In this document: positions 38,351 to 47,226 of the stretch, piece after piece
Layout of the letters: every line of letters starts with the position of its first letter
Position numbering within the stretch: position 1 is the stretch's first letter
Source of the DNA: Anaerolineales bacterium
GTDB taxonomy: Bacteria; Chloroflexota; Anaerolineae; Anaerolineales; Villigracilaceae
Reading direction: 5' to 3'
Length of the DNA: 58,051 nucleotides
Assembly (NCBI GenBank): GCA_035466615.1
Contig: DATIUT010000018.1
Location: forward strand, 1 to 58,051
Program-made: the position numbers and the translations under genes
The notes under the pieces: model-generated
What the model was told of the DNA's origin: nothing
The model's input: only the letters and a program-made list of their open reading frames with translations
The model's database searches: none

Positions 38351-39583
38351 ATGGCAATTAAAGTACTTGTTCCATTACTCGGCGAAGGGGTTGAAGAAGT
38401 AACAATCATAAAATGGCTGAAGAAGGAAGGTGACTCAGTCAATGAACTCGAGCCGCTTTTGGAAGTGAACACTGACAAGGTGGATACCGAAATCCCTGCG
38501 CCTGCGTCGGGTACGGTGTTGAAGATCGTGGCAGAGGAAGGAGTCCCTGCGAAGGTGGGGGCGATCCTGGCGTTTATTGGCAAGCCCGGGGAGAATATCG
38601 GAAGTGGAATAGTAGAAGGCACTCCAATAAAGGCTGAGTCAAAGGTTGAAAGCCAAACGTTGAACTTCTCCCAGCCCCCGACTTTGGATGTTCGGCGTTC
38701 GGCCGGTTTGGGCTTCATTTCCCCTGTTGTCGCGAAGATCGCCGCGGAGCATGGAGTTAATTTACAACAGGTGCAGGGAACGGGCCTGAATGGTCGTATC
38801 ACGAGGAATGACGTGTTGAGTTATGTTGAAGGTCAAAGGTCAAAGGTTGAGAGTCGGCCGGGACAACCTGCCACCCCTCAATCTGTAACCTTAAAACCCG
38901 TGGAAGGTGACCAGCTCATCAAGCACACAATAATTCGCAAGCAAATCGCCGAACATATGGTGATGTCCAGGCACACATCGCCGCATGTGTTGACGGTGAT
39001 GGAAGCGGACATGAGCCGCGTAGCGAAGCATCGTTCTGCGAATAAAGAGGTGTTTGCGCGGGATGGAGTCAATCTCACGTTTACGGCATACTTCATGATG
39101 GCGATTGTCGCGGGATTGAAGGCATATCCAATCGTCAACTCTTCCTGGTTGGATGAAGGGCTGCTTGTTCATAAAGCCATCAACATTGGTATGGCAACTT
39201 CGCTTGGGGAGGAAGGTCTGATTGTGCCTGTTATCAAGGGCGCGGACAATCTGTCCCTGCTGGCGATGGCGCGGACTGTGAATGATCTGGCAAACCGCGC
39301 CCGTTCAAAGAAACTCCAGCCCGATGATGTCAAGGGCGGGACGTTCACACTGACCAATCATGGCATCAGTGGGTCGTTGTTCGCTTTCCCGGTCATCAAC
39401 CAGCCGCAATGTGGAATTCTGGGGATTGGTGCGATGCAGAAGCGTGTAGTCGTTATTGACGACGCACTTGCCATCCGCCCGATGGTGTATCTCTCGTTCG
39501 TGTTCGATCATCGAATCCTCGACGGCGCGTCCGCAGATTGGTTTTTGGCGAAAGTGAAGGAAACTTTGGAAAATTGGTTTTAA
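38351..39583 (+). CDS. Dihydrolipoamide acyltransferase E2
   Basis: Lipoyl TDKVDTEIP, E3-binding GTGLNGRITRND, catalytic DHRILDG. Confidence 0.95.
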   Translation: MAIKVLVPLLGEGVEEVTIIKWLKKEGDSVNELEPLLEVNTDKVDTEIPAPASGTVLKIVAEEGVPAKVGAILAFIGKPGENIGSGIVEGTPIKAESKVESQTLNFSQPPTLDVRRSAGLGFISPVVAKIAAEHGVNLQQVQGTGLNGRITRNDVLSYVEGQRSKVESRPGQPATPQSVTLKPVEGDQLIKHTIIRKQIAEHMVMSRHTSPHVLTVMEADMSRVAKHRSANKEVFARDGVNLTFTAYFMMAIVAGLKAYPIVNSSWLDEGLLVHKAINIGMATSLGEEGLIVPVIKGADNLSLLAMARTVNDLANRARSKKLQPDDVKGGTFTLTNHGISGSLFAFPVINQPQCGILGIGAMQKRVVVIDDALAIRPMVYLSFVFDHRILDGASADWFLAKVKETLENWF

Positions 39584-39587
39584 CGAA

Positions 39588-39621
39588 AAGAATCGGGCAA
39601 AGAATTCTCTGCTCGATTCTT
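39588..39621. terminator. Hairpin between convergent E2 and small membrane gene
   Basis: AAGAATCGGGCA-10nt-TGCTCGATTCTT. Confidence 0.65.
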
Positions 39622-39648
39622 AGTTTGAAAGGAATGAGTTTTATATAC

Positions 39649-39831
39649 TTATGGAGGCGGGGTCAACCCTCCAAAGGGAATGCCAAGCAAAAAAAGGAAT
39701 AACCCAGTTCCGAAAGCCAGCAGGCCTCCCCACTTCATAACGGGCTTCCCACTCTTAAGGAAGAGCGCCAAGCCCCCTATGCTTACCATTCCAATCGCAA
39801 TTGCGATCCCAATTGTTATGACTGGTGACAT
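39649..39831 (-). CDS. Small 2-TM protein (60 aa), candidate immunity/accessory protein
   Basis: AAGGAG RBS before MSPVITIGIAIAIG...; two hydrophobic helices joined by KSGKPVMK. Confidence 0.65.
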   Translation of the reverse strand: MSPVITIGIAIAIGMVSIGGLALFLKSGKPVMKWGGLLAFGTGLFLFLLGIPFGGLTPPP

Positions 39832-39854
39832 CAGAGACTCCTTTATCTCTAGCA

Positions 39855-40397
39855 TCAAAAACCTGCTGTTCCTGTGTATGTTCCGTTACCCCGAACAGTT
39901 TGATCTACCCATGGATATACATTCCAAACACAAGCCCCCACCCACATACAAAAATGGGCTTGACTGTATGCTCTGTAAGACGTTTGACCTACACCGCCAC
40001 TATGGAGATGACCAATCAATCCAATATATCTGTAAGTAACTATATAAACAGTTGGGGTATGTACATGGGATACAGAGGTGATTTTTGTACCATCATAACA
40101 CCAATCAACCTTCTGTTGATATCTAAGAGCAAGAGCGCCTGCACCATTATAAATATTTACGCCATTTGTCAAGCTCTTACATCCACCTGCCGCTAAGGCT
40201 TCATGCGCCTTTAAAACTTGGGCGGAAAAATTGGGTCTTCCAACCTCTTCAAACACATCCACATAGTAAATTTCTCCATTTGGTCCGACTATTGTTCCAT
40301 CATACTGAGGCGGCTTGCCTCCCTTTGCGTATGCAGGCTGTGTAAGCAATAATGAAAGCACAACGATCAGTAAAACGCGTAGGATTTTTGTTTTCAT
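39855..40397 (-). CDS. Secreted hypothetical protein (180 aa, 4 Cys)
   Basis: Signal peptide MKTKILRVLLIVVLSLLLTQPAYA; beta-rich Gly/Tyr/Trp domain; AT-rich DNA. Confidence 0.8.
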   Translation of the reverse strand: MKTKILRVLLIVVLSLLLTQPAYAKGGKPPQYDGTIVGPNGEIYYVDVFEEVGRPNFSAQVLKAHEALAAGGCKSLTNGVNIYNGAGALALRYQQKVDWCYDGTKITSVSHVHTPTVYIVTYRYIGLIGHLHSGGVGQTSYRAYSQAHFCMWVGACVWNVYPWVDQTVRGNGTYTGTAGF

Positions 40398-40545
40398 TTT
40401 CGTCCATCCTTTCTTCTATGGACATTTTTATTTTACAGGCAGAATTTTAATTTTCTACTGTGGATTTCCACAGTGTTTGTCAGACATCTAACAACCCCGG
40501 CTTTTTAGCTTATTACCGATAACGTTAATCCAAAGCAATGATGGC

Positions 40546-40579
40546 AAGAGGGTTAAGGGTATAATCTCTTAACCCTCTT
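40546..40579 (+). promoter_or_regulatory. lpdA upstream inverted repeat with TATAAT as its loop
   Basis: AAGAGGGTTAAG-GG-TATAAT-CT-CTTAACCCTCTT, then AGGAG RBS at 40586-90. Confidence 0.7.
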
Positions 40580-40600
40580 ATATTCAGGAGAATGATCTCT

Positions 40601-42001
40601 ATGGCAGAAAATTTTGATGTTGTCGTGATCGGCGCGGGACCTGCGGGGTACGTCGCCGCGATCCGTGCCGCGCAACTTAAGCAGAAGGTCGCTATCGTGG
40701 ACAAGCAATGGCTTGGCGGTGTGTGTCTGAATGTGGGATGCATCCCATCGAAATCCCTGCTCAAGAATGCGGAAGTGGCGCACACGCTCCGTGAACGCGG
40801 CAAGGATTTTGGATTTTCGTTCGAGAACTTGAAATTGGATTATGGTGTGGCGGTCAAACGCTCGCGCCAGAACTCGGACCGTTTGACCAAAGGCGTGGGC
40901 TTCCTGATGAAGAAGAATGGCATAACCGTTTTTATGGGCGAAGCGAAGTTCCAGTCAAAGGATACACTTGCCGTTACAGATAAGGATGGCAAGGCCGCCG
41001 AACTCAAGGCAAAGAACATCATCGTCGCCACAGGCGCAAGCGCGGCTGTGCCCGGCGCATGGAAAGTGGACGGTCAGAAAGTCGTCACTTATTTAGAGGC
41101 GATCCTTCAGGATAAACTTCCAAAGTCTGTTGTGGTCATCGGTTCGGGCGCGATAGGTGTTGAGTTCTCCACGGTGTGGAATTCCTACGGCGTGGATGTG
41201 ACCATCGTCGAAATGCTGCCGCGGCTTGTGCCGTTGGAAGACGAAGAGATCTCGAAAGAGTTGGAAAAGGAATTCAAGAAGCGCGGCATCAAGTCAATGA
41301 CCGGGCACAAGGTCGAATCTGTGGAAGCGACAGCGACCGGTGTGAAGGTCAAGGTGTCGGCGGATGGGAAGGAGACGGTGCTCGAAGCAGACCAGGCGTT
41401 GGTCGCGATCGGGTTCCGTCCCAATTCAAAGGGTCTGGGTCTCGAGGAAGTTGGCGTCAAGATCAGTGAACGCGGCTTTGTGGAAGTCAACGAAAAGATG
41501 CAGACGAACGTCCCGGGTATTTGGGCGATCGGTGATGTGACCGGTAAGCTCATGCTGGCGCACGTTGGCTCGGCGATGGGAATTGTCGCGGCGGAACACA
41601 TCGCGGGACATGAAACGGTCACGTTGGATTATGAAATGATGCCGCGTGCCACGTATTGTCATCCACAGATCGCGTCGTTCGGACTCACCGAAGTGCAGGC
41701 AAAGGAACGCGGTCACACGGTCAAGATCGGTCGTTTCCCGTTCCAGGCGAATGGCAAGGCGCTGGGACTTGGCGATTATGCGGGCTTTGCGAAGATCATT
41801 GTGGATGAGAAATATGGCGAAATACTCGGCGCACACATGATCGGTCCTGAAGTGACCGAGCTGTTGCCCGAACTCACGCTGGCACACCTGATGGAGTTGA
41901 CTCCGCGTGAGATTGCGCGCAACGTCCACGCGCACCCGACATTGAGCGAGGTGCTGATGGAAGCCGCACACGGCGCGGAGGGAAGCCCGATACATATCTA
42001 A
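40601..42001 (+). CDS. lpdA: Dihydrolipoamide dehydrogenase (E3)
   Basis: GAGPAGY, GGVCLNVGCIPSK, GSGAIG, HAHPTLSE. Confidence 0.97.
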   Translation: MAENFDVVVIGAGPAGYVAAIRAAQLKQKVAIVDKQWLGGVCLNVGCIPSKSLLKNAEVAHTLRERGKDFGFSFENLKLDYGVAVKRSRQNSDRLTKGVGFLMKKNGITVFMGEAKFQSKDTLAVTDKDGKAAELKAKNIIVATGASAAVPGAWKVDGQKVVTYLEAILQDKLPKSVVVIGSGAIGVEFSTVWNSYGVDVTIVEMLPRLVPLEDEEISKELEKEFKKRGIKSMTGHKVESVEATATGVKVKVSADGKETVLEADQALVAIGFRPNSKGLGLEEVGVKISERGFVEVNEKMQTNVPGIWAIGDVTGKLMLAHVGSAMGIVAAEHIAGHETVTLDYEMMPRATYCHPQIASFGLTEVQAKERGHTVKIGRFPFQANGKALGLGDYAGFAKIIVDEKYGEILGAHMIGPEVTELLPELTLAHLMELTPREIARNVHAHPTLSEVLMEAAHGAEGSPIHI

Positions 42002-42028
42002 AGATTGAATCTGGAAAACGAGAATGTG

Positions 42029-42061
42029 AATCAGCCCTGCAGAATTGCAGGGCTGATTTTT
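42029..42061 (+). terminator. Intrinsic terminator after lpdA
   Basis: AATCAGCCCTGCA-GAAT-TGCAGGGCTGATT followed by T tract. Confidence 0.85.
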
Positions 42062-42234
42062 ACCTGGAAGCATTTTACCAGCGGGGAAAATGATGTTGAA
42101 CAGAACCATGTTCAGGTATGGAAAGAGGCGGGAACTTCCTCTTTTCCTTCACAGTCTTATATTGAAAATCCCAAATTTGCGTTCCCGGTGATGTCAGAAT
42201 GACGCACGATTTTTATTAAAAGGTTAGAAGTCCT

Positions 42235-42951
42235 ATGAATCATTCACCCAATCTTCCGTCCACACACCTGCCTGTCAGGCCGCGTATGGGGCATAAAGTT
42301 TCTCAGAGGGGATTGTTTAGCATCGCCATGTTTTTGATTTGCGTGGGCGGGCTGGGAAGTGCCCTGTTGGGCGGCGCAAAGATCGTTGTTGATATTCTGG
42401 GCGATAAATCCAACGTTTCGATCATAGTGGTAATGGCACAGATGATTGTGATCGGGCTGGCTTATATTGTCGGCTGGGTCACTGCAATGGTGGCGATCAG
42501 GGTGTATGGAAATTTGGTTTTGCCGATACTGATCAATTGGTTCACATGGGGTTGTCTTTTTGCAATGTGTTATCTGTATATTGCAATCCTGCAACGCATG
42601 TACACCCAGCCTGAGGAACTTGGCAGATTTTTCAAATACCTGGTTTTGATGGCAGGCGGTTTGGTGGCATTGATCGGTCTCCACCTGATCATCGAAGGCC
42701 ATGACCTGCGTCCGTTTTCCATACCGTTCCTGATCATCGGCCTGACCCAGTTGGCGATGATCGTGGTCCGCTATGTATTTGATAGTGATGATGTCAAGCC
42801 GGGGTTTTTGTGGAAGGACCTGGTATTCTTCTTCGCGATGATAACCGTTTCGATTTCCATGCTGGCGCATTGGGGAATTCTCGAACCGTTTCGCACACGG
42901 TTGACAAATTTCTTCGACAGGAACAGCACCTCGATTCGGACTCAGGATTAA
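42235..42951 (+). CDS. Hypothetical multi-pass membrane protein (about 6 TM)
   Basis: Long ORF with regular hydrophobic helices; no recognised family. Confidence 0.75.
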   Translation: MNHSPNLPSTHLPVRPRMGHKVSQRGLFSIAMFLICVGGLGSALLGGAKIVVDILGDKSNVSIIVVMAQMIVIGLAYIVGWVTAMVAIRVYGNLVLPILINWFTWGCLFAMCYLYIAILQRMYTQPEELGRFFKYLVLMAGGLVALIGLHLIIEGHDLRPFSIPFLIIGLTQLAMIVVRYVFDSDDVKPGFLWKDLVFFFAMITVSISMLAHWGILEPFRTRLTNFFDRNSTSIRTQD

Positions 42952-42989
42952 CCTGCTCCTGTTTCGACCACCCCAAAAAGATTTTGGTT

Positions 42990-45900
42990 TTACTTTGCGA
43001 GCGGTATCTGAATGAAGAACGTACTGCCCGGCAATTTCTCTTCGTCCTGTCCTTCGCTTTCAACCCAGATCTTTCCCTGGTGCGCCTTGATGATGCCCGC
43101 CGTAATCGCGAGACCCAGACCCGGTCCGCCGCCTTTAAATTTGGTCTTGCCCGAAGAGTGCAATTCCACCTTGCCCACCTGGTACAGTTTCTCGAAGATC
43201 ATTTCCTTATCGGCATCATTGATGCCAATGCCGGTATCCTTGATGCGGATCTCGCATACATCACCGCGCTCCCCATTGACGGGTGCCGCGCTGATACGAA
43301 TTGAGCCGCCGTCCGGCGTGAACTTGATGGCGTTGACGACGACATTATCCAATGCCTTTTGCAGAAGTTCGGAATCCGCCCGGATGGGAGGCATCGAATT
43401 GATCTCAGGATCAAGCTCGAGCGTCAATTGACGCGCTTTCAAGTCCTCCACATAATCCTTTTGGATGAGCCGCAGTATCGGGCCGATCGTTACAGCATCC
43501 AAATGAGGAGAGAGAACCTGGTTTTCGAGCCGTGCCACATCCAGCATGTTGTTGACAATCTGGTGCAGGCGGTCAGTGCCCTGCAAGACGCCATCCATGG
43601 CCTGGGTGAGTGCCGAGTTCTCCTTTATCGCGGGGGTGGCTTTGATCATGCCCATGTAGCCCTTGATGACGGTAAGCGGCGTGCGCAGTTCGTGTGCCGC
43701 CACCTGGATGAAATCGCTTTTGTTCTTATCGAGTTTCTCGAGGCGGGAGGCCGCCTTGTTGAGTTCGTCCACGCGTTGTTCGACCATGCGTTCCAGCATC
43801 TGGTTGAAACGGTTCAAGTCGTCGTACAAACGCGCATTGTCAAGCGCGATGGATGCCTGAATGGCGAATGTACTGGCAAGCAGAGTATCGTCCTGATTGA
43901 ACGAGGCCGGTTTCACGCGGCTCATTGTCAGCAAACCAACCACCCTGTCCTTTGCAAAGAGCGGAACACCCAGCCAGGAACCATCCAGCGGAAGCCATTC
44001 GGGCTGTCTCCAGCCTTTCATGTTCTTCAAATCGCCGATCAACATATGTTCGCCCTGGCTGGCGATGGTGTAATAGACGTTCGTTTCATCCACTTCGTAA
44101 GCCAGGTCCTCGACCGGTACGTACCGTGGAAGCCCGAGATGACCGCGCAAACGCGGCTCGCCATTGACATCCCCAAGGAATAATGCACAGCGGTCCACCG
44201 GTATGATCTGGGACAACTGCGTCACGATCTGTTGCGGAACCTCCGTCTCTGTGGATAACGACGACAGTTGACGCGATGCCCTTGCCAGCGCTTCCGCCGC
44301 GTGACGACGCGCCTGTTCGCTGGAATACAGGCTTGCATTTTCCGCCGCAGTGCTTTCCGCGAACTCCTTGGCGATTGCCAGTTCCTGCGCCTGCTCCTGC
44401 GCCTTTGCCAGCAGGCGTTCCACTTCCTCCTGCGCCTGTTCCTTTTGCGAGACCAGCATCGTGCGGAGCAATGCACTGCTGACCAGATTTCGTATGCGGG
44501 CGTAGATCTCCCAGTCATCCGGACCCATTTCGACCCACATGAAGCCGAAGCGGTTCTTTGCCAGTGTCAACGGCATGACTATGGCTGTGTAGCGGCGGTC
44601 TTCCGGTGTTTTACCGCGCGGTACGAGTTGACCGGTGCCCACGGAGATCTGCTTGCGGGGGACCTCGAATTTCGAGTCTTCGTATTGGAACAATAGTTTA
44701 TAGCTCTCCGGCGTAGGCGCGGAGATGGATTGCGGCGAACTTACATCACTGTAGAACATTACGTACCAGCGCCCAATGCCCATGGATGGGAAGTGTTCCG
44801 AAATGGCTTTGCCGATCCCATCGATGCTCATGGCGGGTGCCATCGAGAAACTAAATCCCTGCAACAGGTTTTCCTGCTGTTCCAGTGCCAGTCTCTGGTA
44901 AGCCTGCCAGCGTTGAGACAGTTCACCTGCAAGCAAACGCGCCTGTTGAAAGAGGTTCTCCGCCTGCAACATGACCGTGTGACTGGTGATGCCGCCCAAC
45001 GCGTACTTGCGCATCATCGAGATGACGTTATGCCAGACCGAAGGAGCCAGGTTCTGCTTTTGCATGAGTTCAATCATGGCGTTGACCGTTTTCAAGAACT
45101 CATCGCCGGATGTCTTTTCGTTCAGCGTCATCAGAAAGGCATCCCAAACGCGCCCAAAAGAATCCTTATATTGAAGGATGGATGCATCCTGTTCCGTGAT
45201 GCCTGCCGAATTCAGGAGGGCGCGCATGGCGGCTTCGCGTTTGTTTTCCAATTTACCGGTCTTGGCAACATCACGCGGGGCAACCGCCGCCTGCCGAACA
45301 TTCTCCGGCAGGCACCCACATGACCAGCGGATAAGCACTTGTGTGGGAGTAATGATTTGTTTTTGAAGAGGGTCCCCATGAATGTATTTGAGCAATGTCT
45401 GTAATGCGCTCTTCCCGGCGGTGTAATACGACTGCCGCACCGTGGTCAACGGCACGCCCATGGACTGGGCCTCGCGCAGGTCGTCGAAACCGGTTACAGC
45501 CACATCGTCCGGTACCCGAACGCCGCGTTGCTGAAGCGCCTCCAACGCACCAAATGCCATGCGGTCGTTCGCCGCTGCCACAGCCTGGAAACGCAGTTTC
45601 CGCTCGTCCAGCAGAATGCGGATCGCCTCGCGTCCGCTTTCCTGTGAGAAATCGCCGTCCACCACAAAATCTTCATGAAACCGCAAATTGTGTGCTTTGA
45701 GTGCATCCTTGTATGTCTGGAAACGCTGTTCAGAATCGATCTGTCCTTTGAGTCCGCGGATGAATGCAATGCGCCTGTAGCTGTGGTCCTCGATCAAGTG
45801 ACGCATAAGGGTGCCCATTCCATCTGCATTGCCTGGAATGAACATCGTCGCGCCTTCCAACGGCACGGACTGTGTCACGATGGGCGTATTGATGTGGATG

Positions 45901-46184
45901 GAGCGAAATGCGTTCAAGTCCGCTTCGCTCACGCCATAGGCAACATCGGCGGTCATCAACAGACCATCGAAATGGTTGGGTTTGGCAAGATCATACAAAC
46001 CGAAGGACGTTTTGGATTCATTGCCGGGAACGGGTGCAAGTTTTCCCCCGATGAAATGCACAAGGTTTACGTTCAATTCCCTGGCGGCATCTGCAACCCC
46101 CGCGAGAAATTGCGTGCCCCAGGCACGTCCCACTTGGGATGCGAACACGCCGACCGTTTTTCTTTCTGAGGATGACATCTGCAT
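42990..46184 (-). CDS. Soluble sensor histidine kinase: LacI-type sugar-binding domain + GAF + HisKA/HATPase
   Basis: RRIAFIRG, NDRMAFGA, VPDDVAVTGFDD, LTTVRQ (LacI core, no HTH); GAF SWLGVPL..ASIALDNARLY; HELRTPL, NAIKF, DTGIGI, GLGLAI. Confidence 0.92.
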   Translation of the reverse strand: MQMSSSERKTVGVFASQVGRAWGTQFLAGVADAARELNVNLVHFIGGKLAPVPGNESKTSFGLYDLAKPNHFDGLLMTADVAYGVSEADLNAFRSIHINTPIVTQSVPLEGATMFIPGNADGMGTLMRHLIEDHSYRRIAFIRGLKGQIDSEQRFQTYKDALKAHNLRFHEDFVVDGDFSQESGREAIRILLDERKLRFQAVAAANDRMAFGALEALQQRGVRVPDDVAVTGFDDLREAQSMGVPLTTVRQSYYTAGKSALQTLLKYIHGDPLQKQIITPTQVLIRWSCGCLPENVRQAAVAPRDVAKTGKLENKREAAMRALLNSAGITEQDASILQYKDSFGRVWDAFLMTLNEKTSGDEFLKTVNAMIELMQKQNLAPSVWHNVISMMRKYALGGITSHTVMLQAENLFQQARLLAGELSQRWQAYQRLALEQQENLLQGFSFSMAPAMSIDGIGKAISEHFPSMGIGRWYVMFYSDVSSPQSISAPTPESYKLLFQYEDSKFEVPRKQISVGTGQLVPRGKTPEDRRYTAIVMPLTLAKNRFGFMWVEMGPDDWEIYARIRNLVSSALLRTMLVSQKEQAQEEVERLLAKAQEQAQELAIAKEFAESTAAENASLYSSEQARRHAAEALARASRQLSSLSTETEVPQQIVTQLSQIIPVDRCALFLGDVNGEPRLRGHLGLPRYVPVEDLAYEVDETNVYYTIASQGEHMLIGDLKNMKGWRQPEWLPLDGSWLGVPLFAKDRVVGLLTMSRVKPASFNQDDTLLASTFAIQASIALDNARLYDDLNRFNQMLERMVEQRVDELNKAASRLEKLDKNKSDFIQVAAHELRTPLTVIKGYMGMIKATPAIKENSALTQAMDGVLQGTDRLHQIVNNMLDVARLENQVLSPHLDAVTIGPILRLIQKDYVEDLKARQLTLELDPEINSMPPIRADSELLQKALDNVVVNAIKFTPDGGSIRISAAPVNGERGDVCEIRIKDTGIGINDADKEMIFEKLYQVGKVELHSSGKTKFKGGGPGLGLAITAGIIKAHQGKIWVESEGQDEEKLPGSTFFIQIPLAK

Positions 46185-46340
46185 TCAACTCCCGGAAGGA
46201 TGGCAAAATTATATCGCCAAAGTCTGCCGGATGTACAACAGAAGAATGACAATTCGATATTTGATTTGGATGATTTCCCCGCTTCATGCTTCAACTGACA
46301 GTTGACCCTGTTTCGAGTAGGCGATGCACACCCCTCCGCC

Positions 46341-47171
46341 TCACAGATCCAGCCTCATCTGCCATTGTGAGAGTTCTTCGCGCTGGAAACCTGAGCGCTC
46401 GAAAATGATCCCCAATTCCTCGGGCCATATCGCAGGGACATGCCACGTTTTCCCATTATGATTCGCCATGACATTTTCAAGCAGTTCAACAGCAAGACCC
46501 TTCCCACGCGCATCCGGCTCCACAAGCAGGGACCAGATCACGACATGTTCGGCATCAGGATTTGAAATTGCGATATATGCCTGTCCGTTTTTGAAAGCGC
46601 GCGCAGGTGGATTCAACAATGCAATGGTTTCACCGGATAACTGCCAGGGGAGATCAGGCAGCCCATGTCGCAGGATGAGCCGCCCCATTTCGCAGAGATC
46701 CATCTCTTGCAGGTCGCCTTTCGCATCCTGTTTTACATCCTGGCGGATCCAACCGATCAGCCTTCGGATGGCTTGAAAGCCATATTTTTTATACAGGCGA
46801 ACGGCAGGTTTGTTTTGCTCGATGACCTCGAGAACCATTTCACGGTCATTGCGTGCGCGGGCTTCCTTGATGAGTTGCCCCATTAACCATGAACCGGCGC
46901 TTTTACCGCGCATCTCCCTTGTGATTCCCATCCCCGCGAGTCGACTGGCGCGAAACGTGCCGCGGCGGGCGATCAATGCGATGCCGGACGGCTCGCTATC
47001 TGCAAGTAACACACGGCTGGAGTCCAGATCAATGTTGTCCTTGCGGAGCATTGTCAGGAACTGGGAGTGGTCGAAGTGAATCGGGACGAGATAATCCTCG
47101 AAGGTAAGATTCAGTAATTGAACGAGATCGGGCGTCGGGTAGTCTGAGGCGGTATTTATGTCCAGTTTCAT
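46341..47171 (-). CDS. Tandem GNAT acetyltransferase, leaderless
   Basis: MRGKSAG, NKPAVRLYKKYGF, ARGKGLA; TAGAAT 7 nt before ATG 47171. Confidence 0.88.
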   Translation of the reverse strand: MKLDINTASDYPTPDLVQLLNLTFEDYLVPIHFDHSQFLTMLRKDNIDLDSSRVLLADSEPSGIALIARRGTFRASRLAGMGITREMRGKSAGSWLMGQLIKEARARNDREMVLEVIEQNKPAVRLYKKYGFQAIRRLIGWIRQDVKQDAKGDLQEMDLCEMGRLILRHGLPDLPWQLSGETIALLNPPARAFKNGQAYIAISNPDAEHVVIWSLLVEPDARGKGLAVELLENVMANHNGKTWHVPAIWPEELGIIFERSGFQREELSQWQMRLDL

Positions 47172-47226
47172 ATCACCCATTCTACCCGCATCCCCTGTAT
47201 AATCGGCAAGTTCAAGAGGACAACCC

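Noticed and set aside
40485-40530. Possible integron attC (ATCTAAC...GTTAATC) beside the AT-rich cassette
   Set aside because: The right end does not fit GTTRRRY, there is no internal pairing, it is upstream of the genes, and no integrase is present.
42005-42202. 65-aa ORF after lpdA
   Set aside because: TTG start without RBS and it runs through the terminator.
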